DNA of 60,739 nt, filler included, from Sphacelaria rigidula (Eukaryota): NCBI GenBank assembly GCA_964200075.2. It is 10 parts of 10 records of this genome, joined end to end, with 100 filler letters (N's around TTAATTAATTAA, not from the genome) between each part and the next. Parts side by side here need not be neighbours in the genome. Positions count along the whole stretch, not along the records: positions 12,169 to 18,152 come from CAXNAA020023010.1; positions 18,253 to 24,236 come from CAXNAA020023011.1; positions 24,337 to 30,320 come from CAXNAA020023012.1; 7 more parts are not named here. One strand, written 5' to 3'. Below are positions 13,244 through 24,407 of this stretch, piece after piece. The position numbers and the translations under genes are program-made. The stretch's first letter is position 1. The number at the start of each line of letters is the position of its first letter. The notes beneath the pieces are model-generated. The model ran no database searches and was not told the DNA's origin. It saw only the letters and a list, made by a program, of their open reading frames with translations.

Positions 13244-13383
13244 GCCACTTCATGGCATACAGGAACTACGGTGATGTTCTTTTTGTACATACAGGAACTA
13301 AATACTTCAGAAGCCACTTTTGTACATGAAGGAACTACGGTGCACACACTTTTGAAGCCACTTTTGTGCATACAGGAACTACG
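13244..13383. repeat. Minisatellite, four copies of a CATACAGGAACTAC core
   Basis: Core recurs every ~30-45 bp, three times preceded by AGCCACTT. Confidence 0.75.
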
Positions 13384-14688
13384 CAGAGTACGCGCATATT
13401 GTTCTGGATCCACTTGTCCTCAGGCCCCCAACACACACAATACGCGATACGAACGGTCACTTGCACAAAGGGACACAAAGAAGATCAGACACACACCTAG
13501 GACCCCGTATAGACTAAACGTGGATGCTGGCGGGTAATCGTACGTCCAGTGGGTGCTGTCATGTGCGATAGATTGCCCTGTATCCACGGCGCTTCCAATT
13601 TTTATTCATTTCGGTGTTTGTGACGTTGCCGTCTCGGATTTCGGCGGTGAAACCGGAGTGGTCTCGGCTGGGCTCTTCTAGTCTAAAATGAAGGTCTGCC
13701 CGTAACTTATTTTGTATTTAGACTTGGTATTCATCTCCTTACGGTAGGTAGTGGAGGGACTGGTGGACTCGTTTCGGTACCAAAACGCCCAGGTATTATC
13801 ATATTAATGCTTTGTCTTGTGTCTCGTTCGAATCACGTGTTGCATGCTAATAATAAAAACTACCTGTACTGCAGTATAGTTGCGTCCTTGCACTCCTTGA
13901 CAAAAACTACGCTTCCCGCGCCTCGTACACACTTCATGATAACCAGAGCATGTCGGTGGCGTTCATATAATGCATATCCGTGTTTTAACTGGTACGGTAT
14001 ACTATTTGGTACAGCACGGAGCATGCGGCAGTACCAGATCGAAAAACTGGTTCAACACACCTCCAAGTGCAACAACGACGGACTCGCTGGCATCTCTTCT
14101 GCGTGCTTTCGAATGAATCGTGACACAATATGAGGAGCAATATCGTGACGGGCTGCCACGGGGGAGTACAGGGCTGTAGTGCACAAGCGCGCTGGTACGA
14201 TGTCGACAACACGGAAAGTCCCGCACGCGCTGCTCGAAAATAACGCGCTCCGCGCGTATAATTTAATTTAGTGCGTTTTGTTGAATTCAATGCAGGGGTT
14301 ACCCTTCGGGTGTGGAGCCGATACTATGTACCAACCGCGGCGTGACGCCTGCGGCGCTACTACCTGCTCACTGCACAGCGGCAGGGTGCAGGGTGACAAA
14401 GCACACCGCAGAACGTCACATCCTTAGCCCATCCCTGACCTGCATTGATTTCGCACTGTCCTATGCAGTTCGCCCATCATGAATGCACCCGCTTGTATCG
14501 CGGCCAATGTGTACGCAGGATATAATCCCTCGCTACGCGCTGCATTGCTACGTCACATTTGTAAAGCTGTCCGTGTTGCAGCTACAGCGTGGGTTTGCCC
14601 CAGGTGGCGCACGCAGGAGTTAAAAGCTGCCTTCGCCGCTGTAATGGCTGCCTGTATCTTGGGCGGAGCTGTATGGTAATACAGCCGC

Positions 14689-14764
14689 GGCTGGTGCGCC
14701 CACATGCACCGCAAGGGGGAGACTGGCGTCCAAAATAGATGGGACTACGATACACACAACACAC
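14689..14764 (+). mobile_element. SINE family 1, short 3' fragment
   Basis: GGCTGGTGCGCCCACAT...GGCGTCCAAAATAGATGGGAC followed by a CA-rich tail. Confidence 0.7.
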
Positions 14765-16139
14765 TGACTTTGCGCAGTACACTTTCAACATCGTGTTCGT
14801 ACTGTCTGTAGAAATCTTTTGTCCACGGTTGGGTACATTTTCATATATAATGTAGTGTCTGGTACATCTCGACTTATGATGTAACGGAGGGTTTGGCACG
14901 TTCCCACCTGTACATGTATGTGATCTTACTCAGTGATATCGAGAAAATATCCGCAACATCGGGGCGAACTGCAGGTGAGGCAATCGCCGATATTCACCTG
15001 CAAACTCTGCTCCAGTGCACTGTAAGTTGGTATCGCTAGAAGGACACTACTATCACCACCTTGCCGGCTGCCAGAATGTCACAGACTGTCAAGAGATAGG
15101 ATCCGATAGCATTGCTACTGTCTATACGGGGGTGTTGTCCCCTTGTCAGGTACGTTCTGGAGCATAATATTCGATGAATATCATGATTGTACATGGGCAC
15201 CAAACGCTGGGGGTTCTTACTCAAGACTTCGATTTGGAGGATGATACTAGGTGGGCAGCGGTAACTGCTGTGTGTCCAGGTCTCCCTTGGAGCAGGATGC
15301 GTTTGGTGTTCGTTTGACGAAGTAATCCCCCCAAAAACGGAATCGATAGGGGGCTTTAGAGTGCAAAAATCTGGGGGAAAAAAATCGTAAGCATCCAGTC
15401 GCAGAGATCAGGTCGCAAACATCCTGTCGCAGAAACGGAGTCGCAAAAAAACGGTTAGTCAAATTTTTACCCGCAGCAGAAATCAAATTCACTTTGTGAA
15501 ATTGGGATTTTCTATTATCACAAGACTGTGTACGCGTGTTACTGTTACGACCCAGGAAATATGTCCGAAAATGTCATAATGACTTCACCATTCCCAAGGT
15601 GTCGACCTGAACGGCGCCGTTTTTCGGCTCTACATCCCGACTCAAGAATGAAGTGTACACGCGCGTGATTGCAGCTATATATATGAGTGGCAGTTGATGG
15701 ATGGACTGTCGAACATGAAAATGATCCGCCACAAATTTAGCCGGCCTAACAAAGGCGACGTTTCCGAACGCATCCCAATGAGATCTGAATGCACACTTGC
15801 GTTTTCTTGTGAATAACGACAGCAATAAACCAATCCACGACAGTCACTCACGACCGTCAGATGCGACTCGTAAGGCACTGCTCATTGCCATAGACCACGC
15901 GGTGGGCCCATCACCGATGGATATCGACAGTCGCAAAAGCTACCTATTAAATTGCAGATGATGCCGGATTATGCTACTTCACGCCGGTCCTCAAATACGC
16001 CATACCAATCTCTCGCGAGTATATCTCGCGGGTACACTCAGTATCACATGTCTTCATGCTCGAAAGCCGAATCAAGAATATTGTCCCATGTGTTCATTGC
16101 AAAGTCGCTCCGAGCGTACAGTCGACTAGGTGAGAAAAT

Positions 16140-16145
<6 letters not shown>

Positions 16146-16186
<41 letters not shown>
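16146..16186. repeat. (CA)n microsatellite
   Basis: Direct reading. Other simple repeats: (CAG)n 16939-16965, (ACTCAAGC)n 17173-17210, (TAT)n 30273-30293, (CA)n 37987-38015, (AATACGTR)n 10537-10585. Confidence 0.95.
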
Positions 16187-16188
<2 letters not shown>

Positions 16189-17855
16189 AACGCATTTCTT
16201 CTTTCCACTTGTACGGCTCCATTTCCTCTCTTTTCTCTCTCCTTTTTTTCTTCCATTTTTCCTCGCCTTTAACTTGGGCTGTTTGTCCTCTTCTTCATCA
16301 TCATCACCTCTTCCCCTTCTGGACTCTTATCTGACGATTGTGTGCGTTTCTCTCGTCGGGTACGTCCATTGTGTAATCACGGCCAGGTTCATGCCGGATC
16401 ACTCCACGTGCGGCAATTTCAACCAATCGGAACATCAACCAGATCGACCATCTTTGATCTTTTGTTGGCTCACCTACCAGCACACCGACGGTACAGAATA
16501 ACCACGTCGACGCGCGCCCCACATGCACATCTTGCTATGCACCGAGAACAACTCCAGCGCGAGCAGACGTTGACGGCACGGTGATCCGTTCTATTTCTTC
16601 TTCCAACAAAAGCTGATTGTCGTACGTAAATTGATAATTCCCTAGGAACCTTGCAGTTGTCGCAAGACAGGGGTATCCCAAGCAAACAAAACGTTGCCGG
16701 AGGTGACTCGAGCAAGAGGAAAGATGAAGAAATAGAAAATAAAACACTAAACTGAGAACGAAATAGTCGACAGGGAAAACAACCACACACCGCCATAGTA
16801 CACGTGGAACCGACCGGTCCCGATGAATCCAGAAAATCGGAATATTTCATATGCAGCTCCCCGGAAGTGTCTCACCATCGCGGGATGCGTTTTGCACATT
16901 TGTATGGGCGTACGGCCGGCCACCCGCAGCTTGAGCCCCAGCAGCAGCAGCAGCAGCAGCAGCAGAAGGAGGAGGGTCGATCTTGGTGAGGACTTTCATG
17001 TCGTGCAGAGCCTGCAAAGAGCTGAGGTCGCACGCGCATCGTACGTGCGAGAAACGGAGAAAGAGTGTTACCGGTGTACCCCCCTTGAACGTCTGTATGT
17101 GTTTATTTCCTTGGGATCCCCACCACGGATAGTTTTGTTGGAAAACAAATGCCACCGTTTACTCAAGTCCCACTCAAGCACTCAAGCACTCAAGCACTCA
17201 AGCACTCAAGTTCAAGACCAAAACGACGTAATGGGCGGCAGTCTTCATACGTGTTCCATGGGGTCGTTAATGCTCGTGAGTTTTGTTCTGGCCGGCCGAT
17301 AACGTGGGACGCACGATCAAAATGTGTGCTGGGCCATGGCAAGCACATCAACGGGAAAGCTTTCACACTAAAATAATGTAATGCGCTTGAGAACCGCTTC
17401 ATTTACTTCGTTTGGTCCAGTGAATTGGATACAGCAGAGTTCAACACGCGAAGTGTGGAAAAAAGTGACAGGGTCGCTGAACAGGACATGTATCCTGAGG
17501 CACCGGTGCGCAGAGGGAGAAAATAGAATTTTGTATGGCTCTGGTTATTGATCCTGTACTATTGTTCCCACTGCTGCCAACTCGTGACAATCGAAGGCGC
17601 GCCTGTGGGGAAAGGTCGCTGTCTTTCCTCTGGGATAGCGACTGAATGCCGTTTCTGTCAAGAGGCTCAGAGGCGGTGTTGGATTCTTCGCAACATAAAA
17701 CTGCTTGCACAGACCCGTATATGGCGGTATGGACCCTCTACTGTCGTGTTACTCTGCCCGTCAGCGGGCTCATCTAACTCAGTCGCTGTTCATTATGTGC
17801 CCTCTCTCGGAGAATTTGAGCGGCCCTTTGTCCCGCCCCCCCAACCCATAGCCTG

Positions 17856-18152
17856 GTCCGGCGAGAACCCGGCGTGCCTCGTCCCGGCTTTGTAGGGGCG
17901 GACCCCCGATGGCGTCGGCGTCGGTTGGCGATGACACTGTAAAACACGCCACTCACTGCGTAAGCTACTATAGGCAATCAGGTTACCGTTTTCCTTTGCG
18001 CACTTGCCTTATTTTCTGCGGTAATCATGGTGGTAGTCGAGCTAGATCATGTTGTGCGGCGTGGGAGAACCTCAACTCCGGACAATAGGGATGACCGTAC
18101 TACGTAGTGTTTACATGGTACGACATCCATGAGGCAGTGTATAAGCCGTGGC
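17856..18152. repeat. Interspersed repeat shared with 23262-23550
   Basis: ~290-bp colinear match starting CCGGCGAGAACCCGGCGTG. Confidence 0.85.
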
Positions 18153-18585
18153 NNNNNNNNNNNNNNNNNNNNNNNNNNNNNNNNNNNNNNNNNNNNTTAA
18201 TTAATTAANNNNNNNNNNNNNNNNNNNNNNNNNNNNNNNNNNNNNNNNNNNNCCCCCAACAATTTTCTTGCCTCTCGGTGTGAAAAGCCCACCCCCCCCG
18301 GTTCTTCGTGAGGTGCCTTTTTTTCATGGTATCCCCCCCCCCCCCCCCCCCCCCCCCTGTCCGGTCCCGGGGGACAATTTCTCGAAAACAGTGAAGAGTT
18401 TCTGCATTTTTCTTGTTGATATTGTTCTTGAAATCGATCAATGAACACTGGGAAAACTCGGGAAGTCTGAAGTGATGCTGCTACGGTAGGGGTCCAAAAA
18501 TATTTTTTGAGGTTAAAATTGTGAGGAGCGCTCGATCTCATCCAAAACACGATATGGCACATTTGAGAGTACGCCAGGGTTACTA

Positions 18586-18784
18586 GAGGTATGTCAAACT
18601 CGGTTCCTGGTTTCCTGGTTTATTCGCTGGCTCTAGGCTTTACCCTCTCTTTTTTTCAAGTGAAAGTGATGGCGGTTCAGAGGAGTACCTGACCTGGCGG
18701 TCAAAGGGTCTCTTCTGATGAATCTCCATCACTTTCACTTGAAAAAAACAAACAGGAGACCAGGAACCGAGTTTGAGATACCTC
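18586..18784. mobile_element. 199-bp hairpin MITE with TA target duplication (Tc1/mariner-type)
   Basis: TA|GAGGTATGTCAAACTCGGTTCCTGG...CCAGGAACCGAGTTTGAGATACCTC|TA, plus an inner stem TTTTTTCAAGTGAAAGTGATGG / CCATCACTTTCACTTGAAAAAA. Confidence 0.85.
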
Positions 18785-19457
18785 TACTCTGTTGATGGGC
18801 TGGGGATATCCCGAATGACTTTGCAAACGAGGATGCCCTGACCCATATTATTATGCATCTATGATCGTTAGAAGCCCTTCAACCAGACAAGAGTTTGCGC
18901 AAAACGTGCACCCCTACCGCAGCATTGCTCATGGGCGTTGCGACGTTCGTGTCTTTCCTGTTGCTCCTTGCCCACTCTGTCTCGATGACCTCGGATGCCG
19001 GCCACGCTCACGCACGTGTACGCACACGAGCGCACGGTAGCGAAAGCCTGGACAACATTGCCTCACGCCTCGCCAAACATCGCCGGACTACTCAACTGCT
19101 CTGCCGCATCGTACCGCCCTGGTACTGCACTGTATTGCTGTGCTGACTACCGTTCCAGCCGCCAAGTTTGCATCGTTACCAGCCCCACTGTCATTGTGTG
19201 CACCAGTACCATGGACTACTGAGCTGTATGCGGTGGATCCGTCACACTACTGTGCTCTGTACGTGTCTTATTGAACCCAAATCCAAAAAGAGAGGTGTTC
19301 CCGCGTACGGAATAGTGTACAACCGTATGACGAGAAACCGCAGTAAGTTTCTCCCGTCGTGCTTCACAATATTTGTGAAGTAACTACGGTACCACGGTGC
19401 GAGTGCAGGCCGTACTTCGCAGATGAGGTATACAGTCATTTGTAGGCGGGTCGGGAG

Positions 19458-19667
19458 TGTACTGCGTGAGAGGACCGCGTGCTTAGAGGACCGCGCCGTG
19501 GTTCAAAACACCTCAGGATCGTAGTTTTTCAAAACCAATCGGGCCAGTCCTTGCAGGTACTACGCCCCCTGATCATATAACCCCGACACTAACCATGACC
19601 CCAACCATGAGGATGTTCAAATTCCGATGCGGTCCTCTAAGCACGCGGTCCTCTCATGCGTTACAGC
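19458..19667. mobile_element. ~210-bp MITE (GAGAGGACCGCGTGCTT TIR family), copy 1
   Basis: TIRs TGAGAGGACCGCGTGCTTAGAGGACCGC / GCGGTCCTCTAAGCACGCGGTCCTCTCA. Confidence 0.85.
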
Positions 19668-20308
19668 GGTCGTCGTCACTTCTTTGGGTACGGAATCACC
19701 GTGGACAACGAGAAATGACATGTTTTACCGACTTGTGCACGGAGACGCGCCCCTAGCAATCCACAAGTATGTGCATTGCGTCACACTGTGAGTCGCTCCG
19801 GCCTCATACCAATCGGAATCGTACAGTAGTGTCACTTGCTGTAATACTCGTCTGTGAAGGTTCACAAACATATTTTTTACTTACAATCTCGGGTGCTATG
19901 GATTCAATGGACACAAACCCTACTTTCTCACCGTTCCTCGTATATGCGGCTGCTGCTGTCCTCGGCAATGGTGCAGGGCGGGGTGTCGGATGGCTATGAT
20001 GTGGATGGGGAGGGGGGGGAAGGAGGGGGGGGCGCGTGCGCGAGAGCATAGGAAAGATTGTAGAAATCTGTCCCATTCTCTCCGGAGCACCTGTGCACTG
20101 ACCCACCCATTACCTGCTGCTGTTCAACCATTTGGGGCGGATGTATAGGTGGAAGCCTTTTGATCGCTACGGTAGGCCATCCGTTGAATCGGCATCATTT
20201 TTGCTTCATACATGTCACTCAAGACCTAGACGACCCGCATTGCTGGCGGTCACTGCTCCCGTTCATTTGTTCGCGGGGGTCGGTCACCTAATGTAGGCCA
20301 TACTCGGA

Positions 20309-20678
20309 AGCCGGTCGCCCCGGTGGCTCAGTTGATAACCTCGAAACCTCTTGACGGTTGGGTCGTAGGTTCAATTCTCGGAGCGGTCTCGGATTTTTTC
20401 TCACACCGTGCCCAACAGTGGAGAGCGACCATGCCGTGGGTACACGAAATTCGACTTAACGGTCGACGAGGGAAAAAGAACGGTGAATCCCTCTCGCGAT
20501 GAAAAAAACAAAAGAAAGGCAAACACCGCAGAAGGAAGGTGGGGTACTCAAAAACGAATATCAAAGAAAAAGCTCCTGTGTTGACCTTCCTCCTGTGTGA
20601 TCCCGGCTGATGTGCCCACATATACCGAAAGGTGTAGACCGGCGTCCAGAATAGATGGGACGACAACACAACACAGCG
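20309..20678 (+). mobile_element. tRNA-derived SINE family 1, full-length copy
   Basis: Pol III A box (GGTGGCTCAGTTG) and B box (GGTTCAATTC), a body shared with seven other copies, CA-rich tail, and TSD CATACTCGGA (20299-20308) / CACACTCGGA (20679-20688). Confidence 0.85.
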
Positions 20679-21523
20679 CACACTCGGACGAGCTAATTTC
20701 GATTCAACGGATGACCTATCATGACAGCCAAAATGTTGAGGCGCGAGAGGTATAGATCGCCACTCATGCGTAGAGTAAGTGTTTGGTTGCTTGCGCAAAT
20801 CATATCATACGATTTCTACGAGAACGGGACTTGTCCTCACTTCTCATCTGTGGTTCATGCTGCACGAATCGAATGTGGATACTCCGGAGATGTATGTCAC
20901 CTGGCGTGAGGTTGGTTCACCACTTGGTAGGGTGAAGAAGTTTATGAAGAAATTTATGGTTTGGGGCAGGTGAGGATGGTCCTAGTTATTCTTTTCGCAC
21001 TTTGCTCCTCTCATGAATGTAGAATATTTGTTATCAATTGAATACCAAATGTGACGCAACGCAAATCCGAATCATATACCGTAACATGCACCCTTGTACA
21101 TGTGTTCCCTGCTGCTAATTCGTTCAGTAGAGTTCACCACTTGGGATGGTGAAGATAGTTCTCGGAGAATTCATGGTACGGGAACAGGTGAAGATGATTT
21201 ATAATGGTTCTGTTGGCAATACCCAGCCAGGCGATCGTTGATTGTGTACACGAGCATATCTGGAACCACGCACGTGGCAGCTGCCCGTCGTCCCTGCTCG
21301 TGAAAGACAGTCCCGCATGAACTGCACCGCTTTTCAGCACAAGCTCATACACAGCTTTACAACACCCTCCTTCTCTTGGCCCTCTTTTCTGTCTCTTTCC
21401 CTCTCTCACACACACATACACACACATACACAGTCTGTGGTGAGTTTCTCGAGTTGCTGCCGCGTTGAATAGCAGTTTGAATACTGTCTGTGTATAGCTG
21501 TATTTTGTGGAGTCGGGTAGAGT

Positions 21524-21738
21524 GGCTGTAATGCGTGAGAGGACCGCGTGCTTCGAGGACCGCATCGGAATTTGAACATCCCTGTGGTTAGGGTTAGGGT
21601 TGGCGTGAGTGTTGGGGTTGAGGTCAGGTGCGTGGTACCTCCAGGGACTGACCGGATTGGTTTTGAAAAACGTCGATCCTGAGGTGTTTTGAACTACGGC
21701 GCGGGTTTCTAAGCACGCGGTCCTCTCACGCATTGCAG
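21524..21738. mobile_element. ~210-bp MITE, copy 2 (inverted relative to copy 1), with internal TTAGGG motifs
   Basis: Reverse complement of 19458-19667; contains GGTTAGGGTTAGGGTT. Confidence 0.85.
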
Positions 21739-23261
21739 TGACGCTCACGATGCTTGTCAAACGACAAGTTTTTCATCTCATGTTCGTTGATATACCTCAA
21801 TGTAAACCTATGACTGTGAGCTGCATATAATAATGCTCGTGTCAGATTCTCCATGGGCATTCGATCGGCGGAGCTTTCGCGATGACGCCTTTGCGCGGCA
21901 GTACTCGTACGTGCGGGGCGTTTGAAACCGACAGAATTATCCCTTTCGTATAATAATACTAGTGCAAGCCACATACTTCTGTATCCGCGGTCGGAAATCA
22001 TATTTCGTGGGGAAAGTCACGAAATATGGTTTGCACAGCTCACGTACCGAAACAATAGACAAAGGTTCAGCAGGACTTCATGGGATGCAGTAACTAACCG
22101 TTGACTTGACGTCCGAAATATGTCAGCTCTTGTGGTTTGGGTAGTCAGATATAATGCCTATTATCCATGTCCTTCTTCGTGGAGAGGGCGCGCCGGGGGG
22201 GGGGAGGGTAAAGAGGGGGGTAGGGAGCGGAATAATGGGGGTTTTGTTGCACGAAAATGCCACGCCAAAATATCGTCGTTCAAAGCAGCAACTTTTGCTC
22301 GTAAGCGCTTGGTGCCAATAAGACACAGTGTTTCATACTCCTTGACACCGTGTTCACCCGAACAAGGCGCACCGCGAGCCTTGTACGTCCTCTGACGCAA
22401 GTAACTACCTGCGAGGCCCTGATTTTCGGGCAAGTTATCACCCCCCCCCCCCCCTCTGTTGTAGGATAACTTGTTCTTTAATTTGCTGCACTGTGCTGGA
22501 AATATATTTTTTTGTTAGTCGGGCGTTCGGGCACTTTCCGCGATTTACACGACGAAAACCTTGTGCCGACATTCTAGGCCATGATCCCTCGCAAAGTCAG
22601 CCGTGCACAGGCGGTGAAGGAAAATGACTGATTACGATCGGCTAGGCTAGCCGTCAACCCTGGTGACGCCCAGGATTCATCCGTACCCACGATCGCCGAC
22701 CGACTGCAAGACAGAGATGGAATGAATCGCCCGCTCTGAGGAAATTTACGCCAAAATTTGGCGAGGACACTTTACACGGTACCAATAATGTCCGTCAAGA
22801 GCAGGGGTGCCCCCCCCCCCAAAAACCCGAGACCCTATGTATCCTCCCACCTCCAGCGGTCGTAGGATGTGTTTTTTTCACATGAAGAAACACTCAATAA
22901 ACAGCCATTCTGGGGCGACTCGGGTGAGGTAGCGCCCATGATTGTTGGCCCTACCTGCCACCACAAGATGCGACACACATTGGACGCAAATTGGCGGTGC
23001 AGATAGATGCCTTTAGCTTGATTGAGCAAGCATTGCAGAGCATTGTGGTTTTCGCGTGGTCTTGATCTAGTAGTCCTGGAAGTGTGATGTGCAATGCATT
23101 GCCGAAACTCATAAATATAACTTGGCCTTGACTGCGAGGGTATGCGAAGAATTACAGCTCCATTATTAACACATTTTTTTCTTTTTTACAGTATATACTT
23201 TCGATTTGCAGCTTTTCTTTCTTCATGTATGAGATTTAGTAACCCCCTCCCCCCCCACCTG

Positions 23262-23770
23262 ACCGGCGAGAACCCGGCGTGCTCCGTCCCGGCTTTGTAG
23301 GGGCGGACCCTCGATGGGGTTGGCGTCGGTTGGCGGTGACGCTATAAAACACGCCACTCACTGCATAAGCGAGGCAACCAGGTTACCGATTGTTTTTGCG
23401 CGCTTGCGTTTTTGTTTGCGATAACCATAATGGTAGTCGAGCTAGATCATATTGTGTGGCGTGGAAGAACCTCAACTCCGCACAATGGGGATGATCGCAC
23501 TACGTAGCGTTTCAATGGTGAGACACTCATGAAACAGTGTATAAGCTGTTGCTATCCCTGGAAGTGGCGAAACTAGAATATATAGCAACTCATTGGAGGA
23601 TGTCATACAAATGCAAGATAGCCAGTACGCTTCGGGCCGAACACTCTTAGCAGGGTGCAGCTCACCCTTCATGCGACTCGCCGAACACACCACGGCGTTT
23701 CGCGCTTGGTGATTGAGTGCGAGCATGGTCCGGCGAAACCCCGACGTGCTCTGTCCCGGCTTTGTGGGGA
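23262..23770. repeat. Interspersed repeat with a ~45-bp terminal direct repeat
   Basis: Matches 17856-18152; its first ~45 bp recur at 23729-23770. Confidence 0.75.
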
Positions 23771-24407
23771 TGCGAGGTCAATGGTCTTATTACTATGGCA
23801 TGCATGATCATGAGTCCCCCCCCCGCCGCCGCCGCCGAAAACCTCCAGGCTTACTGAAAGGGGCATAAAGTCTCGGATTTTGTTTTTTGGGCACTCTTGT
23901 CACGAGAGGTGTGTTTTTCGTCGTTGATCGGAGTGAGGCCTCGGTAGTAATAGAAAGCCTCATGCACCGGGTGCGTTGTCGGGGGAAGCTGTAGGCCTGC
24001 CGTGGCCAGGTGAGACCAAATATCATTTATGTAATTAATTCACCCATTTATGCCCACTCTCACACACATAACACACAAGTCTGAACACCCAACACCAAGA
24101 CTGAATCGAGTGGGGTAGGAAATCGCTCATAACAGTGTTTTCGTGAGATTGAGAGTAGATGGTACGATTGAGGGTGGCTTTGATCATTCGCTTTAAGTGA
24201 GTCATTTTTTTATGCCACGTATGCTTTTCTTTACCTNNNNNNNNNNNNNNNNNNNNNNNNNNNNNNNNNNNNNNNNNNNNTTAATTAATTAANNNNNNNN
24301 NNNNNNNNNNNNNNNNNNNNNNNNNNNNNNNNNNNNGAAGCCTACTGATTATCTTGCATTCGGATGACAGCTTACAATGAGTTGCTTTATTGGGGGGGGG
24401 GGGGTAC

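Noticed and set aside
13244..13383. CRISPR-like repeat with short spacers
   Set aside because: Four imperfect units with spacers of about 15 nt or less; an ordinary minisatellite.
17856..17930. HDV-like or hammerhead ribozyme at the repeat start
   Set aside because: I could not build the nested pseudoknot by eye, and CTGANGA hits such as 18716 and 60613 lack a correctly placed GAAA and stems; an Infernal scan would be decisive.
20317..20390. tRNA gene
   Set aside because: A and B boxes are present but I could not form a proper acceptor or anticodon stem, and it is fused to a multicopy body with tail and TSD. The same applies to 47795-47860.
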